The translations under genes and the position numbers were made by a program. Under the pieces are notes generated by a model. That model had not been told where the DNA came from, made no database searches, and saw nothing but the letters and a program-made list of their open reading frames with translations. From Eledone cirrhosa (taxonomy: Eukaryota): a DNA stretch of 64,000 nucleotides. Location of the stretch: assembly GCA_964016885.1 (NCBI GenBank), contig OZ024743.1, positions 288,734,001 through 288,798,000 on the forward strand, read 5' to 3'. This document shows positions 16,142 through 34,248 of the stretch, piece after piece (positions within the stretch are counted from its first letter, which is position 1; each line of letters begins with the position of its first letter).

Positions 16142-17340
16142 TACATTGTCAACTGCTTTAACTTCAAATATATATTCGGTCTCATTCACTGGAACCATAA
16201 CGTACAAAGAAGAGTAAATCCCACAAGTGTTTCTAAACTATGTCCCCAACCTTCGTGGCAAACAACCGTTAACCTGCACCAATTTCTGAAATGGAGATGC
16301 CGGATGTCATTAGACTACAACTAACTCTTTGTCTTTTCTCTCTATCTATCTACAGGTATATATATGAAAATCCGTATGTGTTTGAGGTCTGAGAGAAAAG
16401 AGTATTAAATACCGAAGTAGTGTTTTAATATTCATTTTATTTAGGCTAAATAGTGAGTTTTTTACTCTGGATTTTTGCCTGTTTATCACATATATATGTC
16501 TGTGTGTCTGTTGTTATGGAAATACGGCTATATTCCAGTTTTAATTTCTATATTTGAATCTTATATTTTCTAAACTAAGATCTGTAAATTTCCTTTGGTA
16601 CAACATATTTCCTAGATACATAATTCATTCAACGGTCTAAAGATAACGATCAATTTAAAATTCAAAATTCGGTTGAAGGATTATACAATGATGGGCGAAG
16701 TAAGAACTACATACAACTAAATACAATGCATATAAGTATGAAAATTAGGCAGTAAAAATTAAAACTCCATATTTTGAGAACACAAGTCACTGGAATCATT
16801 GACAATACTATAGGCCTTGAACTATACAGGGTGATTAGAAAGTTAGAAGTTAGACCTGTATTCAACAACAGAAATCAGGTATAAAAAGAGTTATATATAA
16901 TTAATATATAATTATATATAATTAAATATTAAATAACTGGATCTACCAACTCATAATATTATAATATTATATTATAACATTAAATCATTAAAAAATTTTA
17001 AAACTACAAGTGAAGTCATTCTTTTCCTTTTTTTCAAATATATATATATATATATACACCTCTTCATTATAATCCTTCCCCTCACCTATCACACATACCA
17101 AAACATTCTTTCTAGTAAAACCACCAATCAAAAGGAACTTTATCTGACTTCCATAAATGAATGTGAATCGTTATATACTTTTTCTATGCCTTAAGAAGTT
17201 CATTCTATCATTAATTACCGCAGCGGAGGTCCGACGAGCTTTTGATTCCAGACTCGGGCTAGATCGCTACAGATCAAACCTTGAGCTGATCAATAGCGAA
17301 ACGCGCGTCACTACTCAATAAACGTAATGAAGACATAACA
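15300..17340 (+). pseudogene. Highly decayed Penelope-like element (RT relic plus 3' pLTR), interrupted by a SINE at ~15505-15735
   Basis: Frameshifted PLE RT motifs in the expected order: PRFYL-PKV (~15396-15424), ENGFSFSVNYYMYIHGEEMG (~15944-16003), NLHQFLK..NSLSFL (~16270-16340), KLEVRPVF (~16840-16863). It ends in an HHR-like motif and an inverted tail copy (17306-17340 / 17366-17400). Confidence 0.55.
17228..17312 (+). ncRNA. Hammerhead-like motif, variant core CCGACGA
   Basis: Stem II GCTTTTGAT/ATCAATAGC with a long insert, GAAA, palindromic stem III ACGCGCGT, triplet GUC. Stem I is short and the core has U4>C. Confidence 0.55.
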
Positions 17341-17400
17341 TATCTTCCTTTTTATTATTATTATTTGTTATGTCTTCATTACGTTTATTGAATAGTGATG

Positions 17401-17761
17401 CCCCCAGTACATTTGCTAAAAGGGGAATGAATGTGGTGAGAATGGCCCGTGAGAATGGGCCTACTCTGACGATGCGCCTATAGGCTAGCTAACTTGAGGA
17501 GAGGGGTGCTCTCCCTGGGTTCCCTAGAAGCGCAGGGTGGTTCAGGATTGGTGGGGTACCTGAGTCACCCCTGGGTTGTCCACCGCCTATAGGGTAATTT
17601 ATTTTGTTATATTTATGCATAGTTTATTTTATATTTTTATATCTTCATTGTTAAATTAGTCTTGCCATTTTGCACTTTTACTCGACTTTATGGTATACCC
17701 CCATTGTCCCTGTCTTTGTATTGTCCCCTACATGTCGGCCCTTGTGGCTAATAAATGAAAT
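17401..17761 (+). mobile_element. 5'-truncated L1/Tx1-like retrotransposon 3' end
   Basis: 17403-17483 encodes PSTFAKRGMNVVRMARENGPTLTMRL*, homologous to the C-terminus encoded at 38643-38730. The 3' end CCCTTGTGGCTAATAAATGAAA is followed by TCATCA(TTA)n. Confidence 0.7.
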
Positions 17762-17763
17762 CA

Positions 17764-17795
<32 letters not shown>

Positions 17796-18141
17796 GTTCT
17801 TTGAGTCTCAGTCATTGATGTTATTTAACTGGAAAGTTTGTTAAAAATGAATATCAAGCCACTACCTGCAGCCTCAGATATTCAAGACGTATCGGAGGGT
17901 TCTTGCTGTTCCCAGCAAGCATGCCTTGAAGTGTTCCAAAAAGCGGGGCGGGACCAATTTTCTTTAACCATCCTTGGAAACTCTTTGAGATAGTACCTAG
18001 TGCGCCTATGACAATCGGGACCACTTTGACCTCATGGCAGTTCCAAATCCTTTTAACCTCCCACTTTAAGTCCTGGTATCGCTTAATTTTCTCCCTCTCC
18101 TTCTCTTGCACTCTCGTGTCGAATGGGCAAGCTACATCCAC
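17796..18141 (-). mobile_element. R4/Dong retrotransposon, short 5'-truncated copy 1
   Basis: Encodes [29 protein letters not shown], highly similar to the 3' end of 18433-20433. Flanked by (TAA)n. Confidence 0.93.
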
Positions 18142-18159
18142 ATTATTATTATTATTACT

Positions 18160-18410
18160 GTTCTTTGAGTCTCAGTCATTGATGTTATTTAACTGGAAAG
18201 TTTGTTGAAATGAATATCAAGCTGCTACCTGCAGCCTCAGATATTCAAGACGTATCGGAGGGTTCTTGCTGTTCCCAGCAAATATGCCTTTTGAAGTGTT
18301 CCAAAAAGCGGGGCTGGACTAATCTTCTTTAACCATCCCTGGAAACTCCTTGAGATAGTACCTAGTGCGCCTATGACAATCGGGACCACTTTGACTTCAT
18401 GGTAGTTCCT
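18160..18410 (-). mobile_element. R4/Dong retrotransposon, short 5'-truncated copy 2
   Basis: Same 3' end as its neighbours, with (TAA)n on both sides (18142-18157 and 18411-18434). Confidence 0.93.
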
Positions 18411-18432
18411 ATTATTATTATTATTATTATTA

Positions 18433-20432
18433 TTCCTTGAATCTCAGTCATTGATGTTGGTTAACTGGAAAGTCCGTTGGATTGAATATCAAGCCACTAC
18501 CTGCAGCCTCAGATATTCAGGACGTATCGGAGGGTTCTTGCCGTTCCAAGCAAGCATGCCTTTTGAAGCGTTCCAAAAAGCGTGAAGGGGCCGATTTTCT
18601 TTAACCATCCCTGGAAACCTTTGGAGATAGTCCCCAGTGCGCCTATGACAATCGGGATCACTTTGACTTCATGGCAGTTCCAAATCCTTTTCACCTCCCA
18701 CTTTAGGTCCTGGTATCGGTTAATTTTCTCCCTCTCCTTCTCTTGCACTCTCGTGTCGAACGGGCAGGCCACATCCACAATCAGGCACGATCTTTTTTCT
18801 TTGTCCACAACCACCAGGTCAGGTCTATTGTGTTCCAGTTTTTTGTCCGTCTGTATCCTAAAATCCCACAGCACCTTCACCTGACTGTTCTCCATCACCG
18901 CCTCTGGCCTATGCTCATACCATTTCTCAGAATGTGGTAGATTGTTTACTTTGCACAGGTGCCAGTGGATCACCCTGCCCATCACATCGTGTCTCCAGCC
19001 CTTATAGTGGGTCTGGGCTAGGTGTTTACACTCGGACACAATGTGAGCCACAGTCTCCTCTCTCTCTCCACAGATCCTGCACAGTGGGCTAGCCTCCTCC
19101 TTGTAGATATGGTGCTTCAACCACTTCGTTTTGAGGGCCTGCTCCTGCGCAGCCATTAGCATTCCTTCTGTAGCCTTTTTGAGGTCTCCTCTTCTCAACC
19201 AGTTCCATGTCTGTGGATCTCTAAATTCAGTTTTCTCAAAGAAGGTACTATGAAGGGATTTTCCCTTAAGGCTGCTCTTCCTCCTTGATGTTATTTCCTC
19301 CTTGGATATCCCCTGGCCTACTGTCCCCTCCTTCAGTACAGCTCTGAGCATTGGCTCCTTACTATAGGTCACGTATTTGTATAGGTTGTTTTTCTCCATC
19401 TGAACACAGTCCTCTATGCTGATAAGACCTCTTCCACCCTCAGATCTCCTTAGGTAGAGTCTATCGACATCACTCCCCTTGTGGAACATGTTGTAGATAG
19501 TCAATAGCTTCCTAGTCTTCCTATCCATTTCTTTTTGTTCAGCAACATTCCATCTCAGAATTCCCGCACTGTACCTAATAATAGACACAGCTCGGGAATT
19601 TACTGCGCTTATGGCATTTCTGCTGTTCAGATGTGACTTCAATACGCTCCTTACTCTCCGAATGTATTCAGTTCTTAACAATTCCTTCATTTTTTTGTTC
19701 TTTATGCCATCAGCCTCCAGAACGCCCAAATACTTGTATCCTTCCTCAGAGTCAATTTCCTTTATCATCTCACCTGTTGGTATCTGGATCCCGTTACTTC
19801 TGCTCAACCTACCCCTCTTCATCACAATGACTCCACATTTACCAATACCAAACTGCATACATATATCACTGCTGAAAATACGGACAGTGTCAACAAGCAC
19901 ATCCAACTCCTTCTCACTTTTCCCGAAGAGCTTAAGATCGTCCATGAAGAGGAGGTGATTGATGGTAAGCTCTCCCCTTCCCAACTTGTATCCTGCTCTC
20001 ACTTTTCGCAGCATAATGGTCAAGGGCATCAGGGCAAGGACAAACAACAGAGGGGACAGGCTATCTCCCTGGAAGATACCTCTCTTGATCTTCACGCTTC
20101 CCAAGGATACTCCAGTTGATGTCAACTCTGTCTCCCAGGACCCCATACTCCTGCCCAGCAACTGTCTGATGTTATCTGCCACCCTGAAGATCTCCAGGCT
20201 TTTGGTGATCCAGGAATGAGGCACCATGTCAAATGCCTTTCTGTAGTCTATCCATCCCATGGCAAGATCAGTGTGTCTCCTCCTGCAATTCCCCATTACC
20301 ATCTTATCAATAAGCAACTGGTCCTTTGTACCACGTGACTTCTTTCGGCATCCTTTCTGTTCGTCCGGTAACAAGTTGTTTGTGTGGAGGTGATGGTAGA
20401 TTTCCTCAGACACAATGCTCGTCAACAGTTTC

Positions 20433-20433
<1 letters not shown>
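18433..20433 (-). mobile_element. R4/Dong-clade non-LTR retrotransposon, 5'-truncated (2.0 kb), in (TAA)n
   Basis: Sharp GC step against the background. Contains the RT-CCHC-RLE ORF. (TAA)n lies at 18411-18434 and 20434-20497. Confidence 0.93.
18509..20425 (-). CDS. Reverse transcriptase + CCHC finger + restriction-like endonuclease (N-terminally truncated, frame intact)
   Basis: Motifs [69 protein letters not shown] and [21 protein letters not shown]. The frame begins WKLLTSI at the truncation point, so there is no native start codon. Confidence 0.93.
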   Translation of the reverse strand: MTSIVSEEIYHHLHTNNLLPDEQKGCRKKSRGTKDQLLIDKMVMGNCRRRHTDLAMGWIDYRKAFDMVPHSWITKSLEIFRVADNIRQLLGRSMGSWETELTSTGVSLGSVKIKRGIFQGDSLSPLLFVLALMPLTIMLRKVRAGYKLGRGELTINHLLFMDDLKLFGKSEKELDVLVDTVRIFSSDICMQFGIGKCGVIVMKRGRLSRSNGIQIPTGEMIKEIDSEEGYKYLGVLEADGIKNKKMKELLRTEYIRRVRSVLKSHLNSRNAISAVNSRAVSIIRYSAGILRWNVAEQKEMDRKTRKLLTIYNMFHKGSDVDRLYLRRSEGGRGLISIEDCVQMEKNNLYKYVTYSKEPMLRAVLKEGTVGQGISKEEITSRRKSSLKGKSLHSTFFEKTEFRDPQTWNWLRRGDLKKATEGMLMAAQEQALKTKWLKHHIYKEEASPLCRICGEREETVAHIVSECKHLAQTHYKGWRHDVMGRVIHWHLCKVNNLPHSEKWYEHRPEAVMENSQVKVLWDFRIQTDKKLEHNRPDLVVVDKEKRSCLIVDVACPFDTRVQEKEREKINRYQDLKWEVKRIWNCHEVKVIPIVIGALGTISKGFQGWLKKIGPFTLFGTLQKACLLGTARTLRYVLNI

Positions 20434-20498
<65 letters not shown>

Positions 20499-20499
<1 letters not shown>

Positions 20500-20630
20500 G
20501 CCCTTTACGGTCTGAGTTCAAATCCCGCCGAGGTTAACTTTGCCGTTCTTCCTTACGGCGTCGATAAAATAAAGCACCAGTAATAATTGCTGGGATAATT
20601 GCTGGCCTTGTGCCAAAACTAAAAACAATT
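20499..20630 (+). mobile_element. tRNA-derived SINE, 5'-truncated
   Basis: CTGAGTTCAAATCCCGCCGAGGTTAACTTTGCC...GGCCTTGTGCCAAAA. Confidence 0.9.
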
Positions 20631-21063
20631 ATTTTTATTACACTCTGCTTCGTTCAACACCTCTATACTTACTGGAAACTACGCATCGAGTGCTCACTCT
20701 GTTGAAGCTACAGTAACGGAACGTTACAATCGCTAGATATATCTATATATATTTGTACTTCTCTCACTCCCATTTGTGTATCACATTCTTGTATGCATAT
20801 GTGCATGTTTTCGCTTGTTGTTTTAGGTGCACATGAAATAGTGAGCCGATACAAACAGATTCACAACCCTACCTCCTTTGACAGTCTAGAATATTCAAAA
20901 TATGACAGCTAGAAACAAGAGGCACCAACAAGGGGCTATTACGTATTGATTGACTTCGAAAGTCAGAAAGGCGAAGTGTACATCAGCGGGATATGAATTG
21001 AGAACACTGAAAATATATAGGCAAAATAAGCAACGTTTCAACGAATCTGCCATATCGACTGTC

Positions 21064-21095
<32 letters not shown>

Positions 21096-21161
21096 TGTAT
21101 GTATGTATGTATGTATGTATGTATGTATGGATCCATGCATGCATCTATGTATATATGTGTG

Positions 21162-21210
<49 letters not shown>

Positions 21211-21326
21211 ATCAAATCCCGGTGAGGTTAACTTTGCCATTCATTCTTACCGGGTCGATAATATAAAGTACAAGTAACTCTTTTGGGTCAATTTGATCGA
21301 TTTACACCTCCTAAATCAGAGACCAT

Positions 21327-21365
<39 letters not shown>

Positions 21366-21373
21366 CACACACG

Positions 21374-21415
<42 letters not shown>

Positions 21416-21429
21416 CGCGCGCGCACACG

Positions 21430-21463
<34 letters not shown>

Positions 21464-21473
21464 CGCGCGCGCA

Positions 21474-21528
<55 letters not shown>

Positions 21529-21993
21529 ATCTATATATACATATATATATATTTATTTATATTGTGTTGTCACGTATTCCAGTAGACAGCTCTTTGGCTT
21601 GTGTCACATGCTGTGACACCGGGTGGACCAGCAATTCTTTTGGTAGGGGGTCGAAACTGGCAAAGCCCATTTCAACGGCCGATGACCTGGAGTTCTGTGT
21701 CTTTCATTTGTATTTTTATATAAACTTTCTAATTCCATACAGGCTCACATCAAGAGGATGGATGAATTGGATGTTGCCTCCCATTTGTTAGCTGACTAAG
21801 AGGATGGTCCTGAGTAACTTGACCAAGTTATTAACTAAATTACAGAGTTTAGAGAATAATGGGGAGTGGGTCGATAACCAAACCTTCGAGCAAGTGGACA
21901 GTGAAGTTTGAATCCATTAGGTGAGGGACACTCAGAGGAGCTATCGTATAATATCAAGTAAGTGTAACTACATGTGGCCTTCATAATTATCCC

Positions 21994-22739
<746 letters not shown>

Positions 22740-23133
22740 TTAGATATATACACACACACACGCACACTTCTATCAACGATATAAAAGTGACACACACAAG
22801 GGAGAAACAATGGATTCCTACGAAATGTACTCCATCCGCACACATGTAACAACACCAATGACACAGATTCACTCTAACCTCGAGGCCGGCATCTAGGCAA
22901 GATGGACAACTCGGCTAAACTCCTCAACCATCTTGATTTTTTCCAACTTCACCTTCCTGAAGAAGGACGTATATCTGATATCTTGAAAGATGCATTTACT
23001 TCTTGTTTCCTTTTTGCTCATCTTCATTCCTAAGTGGTAACCTGATAAGACTTTGAGTTGGGGACTCCAACTTACACGTTGGTTGACGAGTGTCCTGGCA
23101 TCAACATGGATATATTTATATATATATATATAT

Positions 23134-23219
<86 letters not shown>

Positions 23220-23326
23220 AAACGTGTGTGTGTATATATATATAGGTATATATATATTTACATATATATATACCTATATATATATACATATATATGTGTG
23301 TATGTATGTGTGTGTATGTATATGTA

Positions 23327-23390
<64 letters not shown>

Positions 23391-23933
23391 TTATATGTGT
23401 GTGTGTGTATATGTGTGTATATGTGTATGTGTATGTGTGTTTATGGGTGCGCGCGAGTGTGTGAGTGAGTGTGTTTTGTGAATGTGTCTGTTGATTTTTG
23501 GCATATAGTTGAATAGTTTAAGAGAAATTTGAAGATAATTGTAAGATATGCACTCAATATTTTGAATTTGTCTGCAGAATTCTCTAAACCTTTGTCACTT
23601 AGTAGAACCTTAATGAATTTAGCTTTTAAAGAATCTCCCTCTCCTTTAAATCTATCTACCATGACTGACCCCCCCACTGATCTTATAGACACCTGTTAGC
23701 TTAAGAGAAACTTAATAATAAGGAGTGGCATGCCATCCTGAACCTGTTTATAGAATTCTGTCTGCCTTTGTTACTCTAACAACAAAAATAAATAAAAATA
23801 AACTATAGCTTTGTGGAATTAGCTTTTAATGAATTCCCTTTTCTATCAACCAATGACCTACACCCATCCCACTCCCCACCCTCTCCTACCACTTGTAGAG
23901 ACCTATAAATACTATACTTATTTTTTGATACCC

Positions 23934-23984
23934 AGATTCCTGATGATTTCTAAAGAATGAAACAGTTCTAGTCCTGTAGAATCT
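23934..23984 (+). ncRNA. Type I hammerhead motif, second copy of the 3065 family
   Basis: Same sequence as 3065-3115, inside a pLTR-like unit ending at ~24070 before (TA)n. Confidence 0.8.
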
Positions 23985-24073
23985 CATCTATATTAAAACT
24001 TTTATACTCTGCAATGTATTGAGTACCTTACTTACTGTGGTTACCTCCGATTCAACCCGGAATAACGTATATT

Positions 24074-24125
<52 letters not shown>

Positions 24126-24152
24126 TATGTGTGTATACATGTGTATATATGT

Positions 24153-24201
<49 letters not shown>

Positions 24202-24221
24202 TGTACATATATACACACATA

Positions 24222-24285
<64 letters not shown>

Positions 24286-24446
24286 TTTATATATATATAT
24301 ATAGATATATATATATATATAGTGGTAGAACTCTGGAAGGTAATATCCGTATTGGTAGAGCACTCAGTCCATGGGACGAGTTAGGTACAAGTGGTTACAC
24401 ATCAGCTCATCAGCTAGTTCACCATACCGAGAACAATTAGCTCGTA

Positions 24447-24564
<118 letters not shown>

Positions 24565-24899
24565 TATAGATATGTATATATATATATAGATATATACATA
24601 CATTAAGCTTTTTAATATCACCATCTATTATATTAAATTATATTCTATATCGTACTGTAATTCTCGCATTATATTACCATTGGTGTTACAAGTTTTTGCA
24701 TTATACAATATTTGCAATGTGGGTTCAACATGTTAATCACTTCCTTGTGCTATTTGGTCCATATCTATGTTTGTAACTGCTCACTCTTAATCTTAGCCAA
24801 CTTTTCCTTGATATCTTTCCTAAGCTTTAATAGATGTATACTCCAGATTCTTCTGAGTTTTTGGCTTGTATTGGCCGATAGTGCTTCTTGTAGCTTTAC

Positions 24900-24941
24900 T
24901 TGCCCTGATGAGTCCTTAATAGGACGAAACATTGTTGGCTA
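24900..24941 (+). ncRNA. Minimal type I hammerhead ribozyme motif
   Basis: GCC-CTGATGA-GTCCT-TAAT-AGGAC-GAAA-CATTG-TT-GGC: canonical core, perfect 5-bp stem II, triplet GUU. Lies in a TA-flanked unique island (~24600-25090). Confidence 0.85.
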
Positions 24942-25088
24942 TTAAAGACTTTTGATGTATTGAAGGCTTCTTTGGATTATTATTTTATAATTCCTCGGCT
25001 CTGTTTAATTACATTGAGCTATATCTTATATGTCATTTCTATAATATGAAGAGGGTGTTTAACTCCAACACACTCTAGTATTTTAATT

Positions 25089-25141
<53 letters not shown>

Positions 25142-25459
25142 ATGTTGATGCCAGGACACTCGTCAACCAGCGTGTAAGTTTGAGTCCCCAACTCAAACTT
25201 AGTTATGGGCAATTAATATCTTGGATTATTAATTGATCAATTTAAGTTGGAATTAAATAACAAGCCAATTAATAGTGATTATTGTGGTATCTGTTCATTT
25301 TTTAACTATATGTTTCTGTAATAGAGCAATATTTTATTGTTCTAATTGGGAATATATTTCTATGTTTTTATGCAAGACATGGCCCGGGCCAATACTGGCC
25401 GAAACCTATCAAAGTGATATATATATATATATACATATATATGTGTGTATATATGGGGA

Positions 25460-25545
<86 letters not shown>

Positions 25546-25547
<2 letters not shown>

Positions 25548-25918
25548 TATGTATGTATGTATACGTACATACATATATGTATACAGACGTACAGTAGTAT
25601 GTATATATATACATACATGTACACATATATATATGCACGTATCGGTTTACCGAACATTTATTATAATGCTCGGTTTTTTTGTCTGTACGGCGTAATTCGG
25701 GCTGTTTGTTTGTTTACAAACAAACAAACCGAGCTTATAATAAATGTTCGGTAAACCGATACGTGCATATATATATATGTGTACATGTATTTATATATAT
25801 ACATACTACTGTACGTCTGTATACATATATGTATGTACGTATACATACATACTTACATTTAAGTAAGTGCCGTACTAAGAGTGAGAAATGAAATTTCGTT
25901 TCATTCTATTCCATTTAT
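25546..25918. repeat. Inverted pair of the 22097-family repeat
   Basis: 25546-25674 is the reverse complement of ~25729-25850. Flanked by (TA)n. Confidence 0.85.
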
Positions 25919-25949
25919 ATATATATATATATATATACATATATACATA

Positions 25950-26067
<118 letters not shown>

Positions 26068-26589
26068 ATATATACATATGTCGGGTCACTCTTGAGTGCT
26101 ACTGGTAACATGTAACCCAGTACAACCTGTTGCATAGTCGGGTCGTCGGCGTCTAAACCGGCAAGCCCACCAAGTTTACTTGGTGAACGATGGTGATTTT
26201 GGAGACCCTGCAGGACAAAAAACAAAACCTGACAAAGGGCGAAAGAACTCATAAGAGTCAACGGCCATCCCAAAGTTTGTAAATATGTATATACACATGT
26301 AACGCGCGGTTAAACCACTGGGAGTGTAGGACCCCTAGCCTTTGTCAGGGCATTCTTCTAGGAGAAGACAACTCAGGAAACTGGGATCACTCGGATATAA
26401 AACCTGCGGCTCAGTAGTTACCGATGATGTTGATCTTTTCTTCTTTTCGGGTTATAGCTACTGTCGCTCAGAAGTGGGATTGGTTCAGTGCACAGTGTTT
26501 CCTCACTTTAAAAAATATCTTCACGCACAGGCATTGCACGATAGAATTAATTAATAATTATTAATAATGGTATATCATGCGATGGCAAT

Positions 26590-30889
<4,300 letters not shown>

Positions 30890-31059
30890 CTGTGTATGCG
30901 TGCATGTACATTTCATTCATCTTTATATACATGTATATATATAATCTGATTGATGAAAATGGCACTCTCCAAGACAATGCAAACACCATGGGTGAAATAT
31001 TGTAGAAACAGTACTGTTCTGGCTGATCTGGGCTGTTTTTTTAGTGATGTACATGTACA

Positions 31060-32709
31060 ATACACTATATCTCACATAACATAGTCCCCGATATGTTCCC
31101 TGCTTGTGCCCTGAAAATCTGTAGACACCAACTTGCATCATCTTTAGATGACCTTAGGGGGAGCTCACAGGACGCTGGCTATATCCCTGAAAATAATCTG
31201 TCCCAGTCAGCCGTCCCAGTTTTCAAAAAGGAAAATAAGTCACTTCTCGCGAATTACCACCCGATCTCACTCACCTCTCATAGCATTAAGGTATTTAAGA
31301 AGGAAGTGTGATCAGAAACAACTCACTTCTTTGAATAAAACAATCTGCTGAGCTCCTACTAACACGGGTTCTGCAAATGCAGGGACTATCCCAGCTCCTG
31401 CATCACTTTGATGACATTTTAAGAGCTTTGGGAGTAGGCACCAAATCTGATGTCATACACCATGTTTTCTGCAATATCCTGTTGAAAAAACTATCCAATA
31501 TTTGTGTCTCTGGAAAGTTACTACCCATGGACCAAGTGTTTCCTGACAAGGAGATCCCAACATATTGTGTTCGAAGGAATACAATCAAGCTCTGACAAAG
31601 TCAGTAGTGGCGTCCCACAAGGCACTGTGTTGGGCCCACGTCTCTTCATTATTTATTGGATTGGCAGTATCAGCAGAGGGTCGGACGCCATGCTTTGGCG
31701 CACAGAATTACGACCCTTGCCATTCTTACGGCCCTTGCAATTCTGAGTTCAAATCCCGCCGATATGTACTTTGCCTTTCATCCTTACGGGATCGATAAAA
31801 TAAAGTACCAGTAATGCACTGGTTAATTGATTGCCTTGTGCCAAAAGTAGAAATAATTATTTATATACATGGGGTGGTGGATTGGCAGTATCTGTAGGGG
31901 GTCGGACGCCATGCTTTGCAGCATAGACTTACGACCCTTTACGGGCTGAGTTCAAATCCCGCTGAGGTTAACTTTGCCTTTCATCCTTACGGTGTCGATA
32001 AAATAAAGCACTAGTAATGCACTGGGATAATTGCTGGCCTTGTGCCAAAAGTAGAAATAATTATTTATATGCATGACATTATCGATGTCATCAATATCAT
32101 AAGAATCTTCGCATATAATTCCAATCTCTAGAAGGTCATCAATGGTGTGGGGGACCGAATGCGCCTTCAATCGGATCTACTTGCTGTTATCAAATGGACT
32201 TTAGAAACAATATACTACTCAACGAGGATAAATTTGAAGTAATCCACTTTGGAAAAGGGGATGCTCTGAAACTATCATATTCTCTTATTTCGTGTAAAAC
32301 ACTCGTGGCATCCAGCACCACCAAATACCTGGGAGTAATTGTTGATAACAACCTAAGTTGGGCTACTCATATAAACACCAAAGTTGACTTAGCCCGCAGG
32401 ATGTATTCCTGGATTCTCAGAACATCTCAGTCGTAAGATATCAATGGAATAATTGTTCCCCTCTAAAATTTTGAATTGCCCCATCATAAATAGAGCTGCC
32501 CGATTTGGTCTCCCCACCGGCTATAAAGTAGTATGAAAATTTAAGCAAATCAAAGGTCAATCACAAAAACAATACATGGCACGACTGGCTTTGACAATTG
32601 GGGTCGACTAGAAAAGCTAAAACTCTACTCCCTACAATGCCGCCGTGAACGCTATATTATCTGAATGATGTGGACAAAAATATTCCTTCCGCATTGCCCA
32701 AATGATGTT

Positions 32710-32710
<1 letters not shown>
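31060..32710 (+). pseudogene. Decayed CR1/L2-like LINE reverse transcriptase
   Basis: VPVFKKENKSLLANYHPISLTSHSIKVF, HGF, SGVPQGTVLGPRLFIIY, LLNEDKFEVIHFG, KYLGVIVDNNLSWATHI, RLEKLKLYSLQCRRER, with many stops and frameshifts. Confidence 0.88.
31657..32059 (+). mobile_element. Two tandem SINE insertions inside the LINE RT (31657-31855, 31871-32059)
   Basis: Target duplications ATTATTTAT (31648, 31856) and ATTATTTATAT(A/G)CAT (31856, 32060) interrupt the FIIY-xHD motif. Confidence 0.9.
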
Positions 32711-32802
<92 letters not shown>

Positions 32803-32804
32803 CA

Positions 32805-32836
<32 letters not shown>

Positions 32837-32852
32837 GATATAGATATATATA

Positions 32853-33738
32853 CGAGGTGTGTTTGAAAAGTTCCAGGACTGATGTCACAAAAGATTTATT
32901 TCAAACCCAAACTTCACATTGAGAGTGTTCTCCTTCAAAGTAATCCCCCTGAAGTATGTAACTGTAATGTTAGCTCTCTGCAGTGATCAAACTTTTTCTT
33001 CATAATTTTATATACATGTCCTCTGTTTCAGGTCGTCAAGCAATGAGCACAGAGCAACGAACAACCTTGAAAACTCCGTCAGAAGCACTGGGATTGCTGC
33101 AGCAAGTGTATGGAGATGGGTCGATGTCACGCTCACGTATTTTTGAGTGGTGCAAGAGGTTTAAAGAAGGACGCGAAGACGTGGAAGATGACGCCAGGAG
33201 CGGAAGGCCCTCAACAACCAGGACTGAGGTCAACGTTGAGCGCGTCAGGCAGATGGTGCGTAGCGATCGTCGGCTGACTGTTCGACTGATAGCAAATGAG
33301 CTGGGCATGTATCGGGACTCCGTCTGGAAGATTCTTACTGAAGATTTGGACATACGGAAAGTCTGCGCGAAGAAGGTGCCAAAACTGCTGAACGATGACC
33401 AGAAGAGTCGACGTATGCAAGTGTGCCAGGACATCCTCGAGCGTCTTGAAACCGAACTTGGGACAGTCATCACCGGTGATGAGTCATGGATCTTCGAGCA
33501 CGACCCGGAGGGGACTCGTTTTGAAGACGTGGACGACATCAAAAAGGCCGTGACGTCGGAACTGCGGAGGATGCCGGAAGAATCCTTCCAGGAGTGCATG
33601 CAAGCGTGACAGAAAAGGATGGAAAAGTGCATTAGACTCCAGGGGGATTACTTTGAAGGAGAAAACTCTAAGAGTGAAGTTTGGGTTTGGAATAAATCTT
33701 TTGTCACATCAGTCCTGGAACTTTTCTGACCCACCTCG
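32853..33738 (+). mobile_element. Tc1/mariner element, internally deleted, with TA target duplication and ~103-bp inverted ends
   Basis: TA-CGAGGTGTGTTTGAAAAGTTCCAGGACTGATG...CATCAGTCCTGGAACTTTTCTGACCCACCTCG-TA. Confidence 0.95.
33043..33609 (+). pseudogene. Mariner transposase remnant: HTH DNA-binding region retained, catalytic core deleted in frame
   Basis: VYGD..MSRSRIFEWCKRFKEGREDVEDDARSGRP, KVCAKKVPKLL, then ITGDESW..DPE fused directly to GTRFEDVDDIK. TGA stands at the usual W before QKRMEKCI..GDYFEG. Confidence 0.92.
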
Positions 33739-33784
33739 TATATATATATCTATACGCAATAGGAAGTTGTCCTTCTTATATATA

Positions 33785-33863
<79 letters not shown>

Positions 33864-34248
33864 GGATGGGAGTGTAATGAAATACATATGGATGTTCTAT
33901 TACATGTACACACATATATACATAGGCACTTCGGTCAATATTAATTCAATGTAGAGTTAGGTGTGTACATAAAATGACAATTTCATATATATGTATGTTA
34001 GTATAGATACATATATATGGAATTGTATGTATGTTTTTTTAATAGGAGTGTGAAATAAATACACTAAACACATGAACTCATATTATGTATGCACAAAAAA
34101 TAGTTATTGTAAATAGACATTTTTCACTGCAAATGACACACGGTGCTTAAAATCATTTTTAGAAGATGAAATTAACGGCGAAACTATTAAATAAACAGTC
34201 AGACACAAAACTCTCTCTCCTTCTTTCACACACTTATACATACATACA

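Noticed and set aside
18008-20219. Plus-strand ORFs overlapping the Dong copies
   Set aside because: They are antisense shadows of the RT ORF.
17796-20630. Dong as the mobilising partner of the main SINE
   Set aside because: Dong ends in (AAT)n on its sense strand while the SINE ends in ATT, and their 3' ends show no visible similarity.
24400-24420. CTGATGA on the minus strand
   Set aside because: No downstream stem II, GAAA or NUH, so it is not called as an HHR.
33036-33632. 198-aa minus-strand ORF
   Set aside because: It is the antisense shadow of the mariner transposase.
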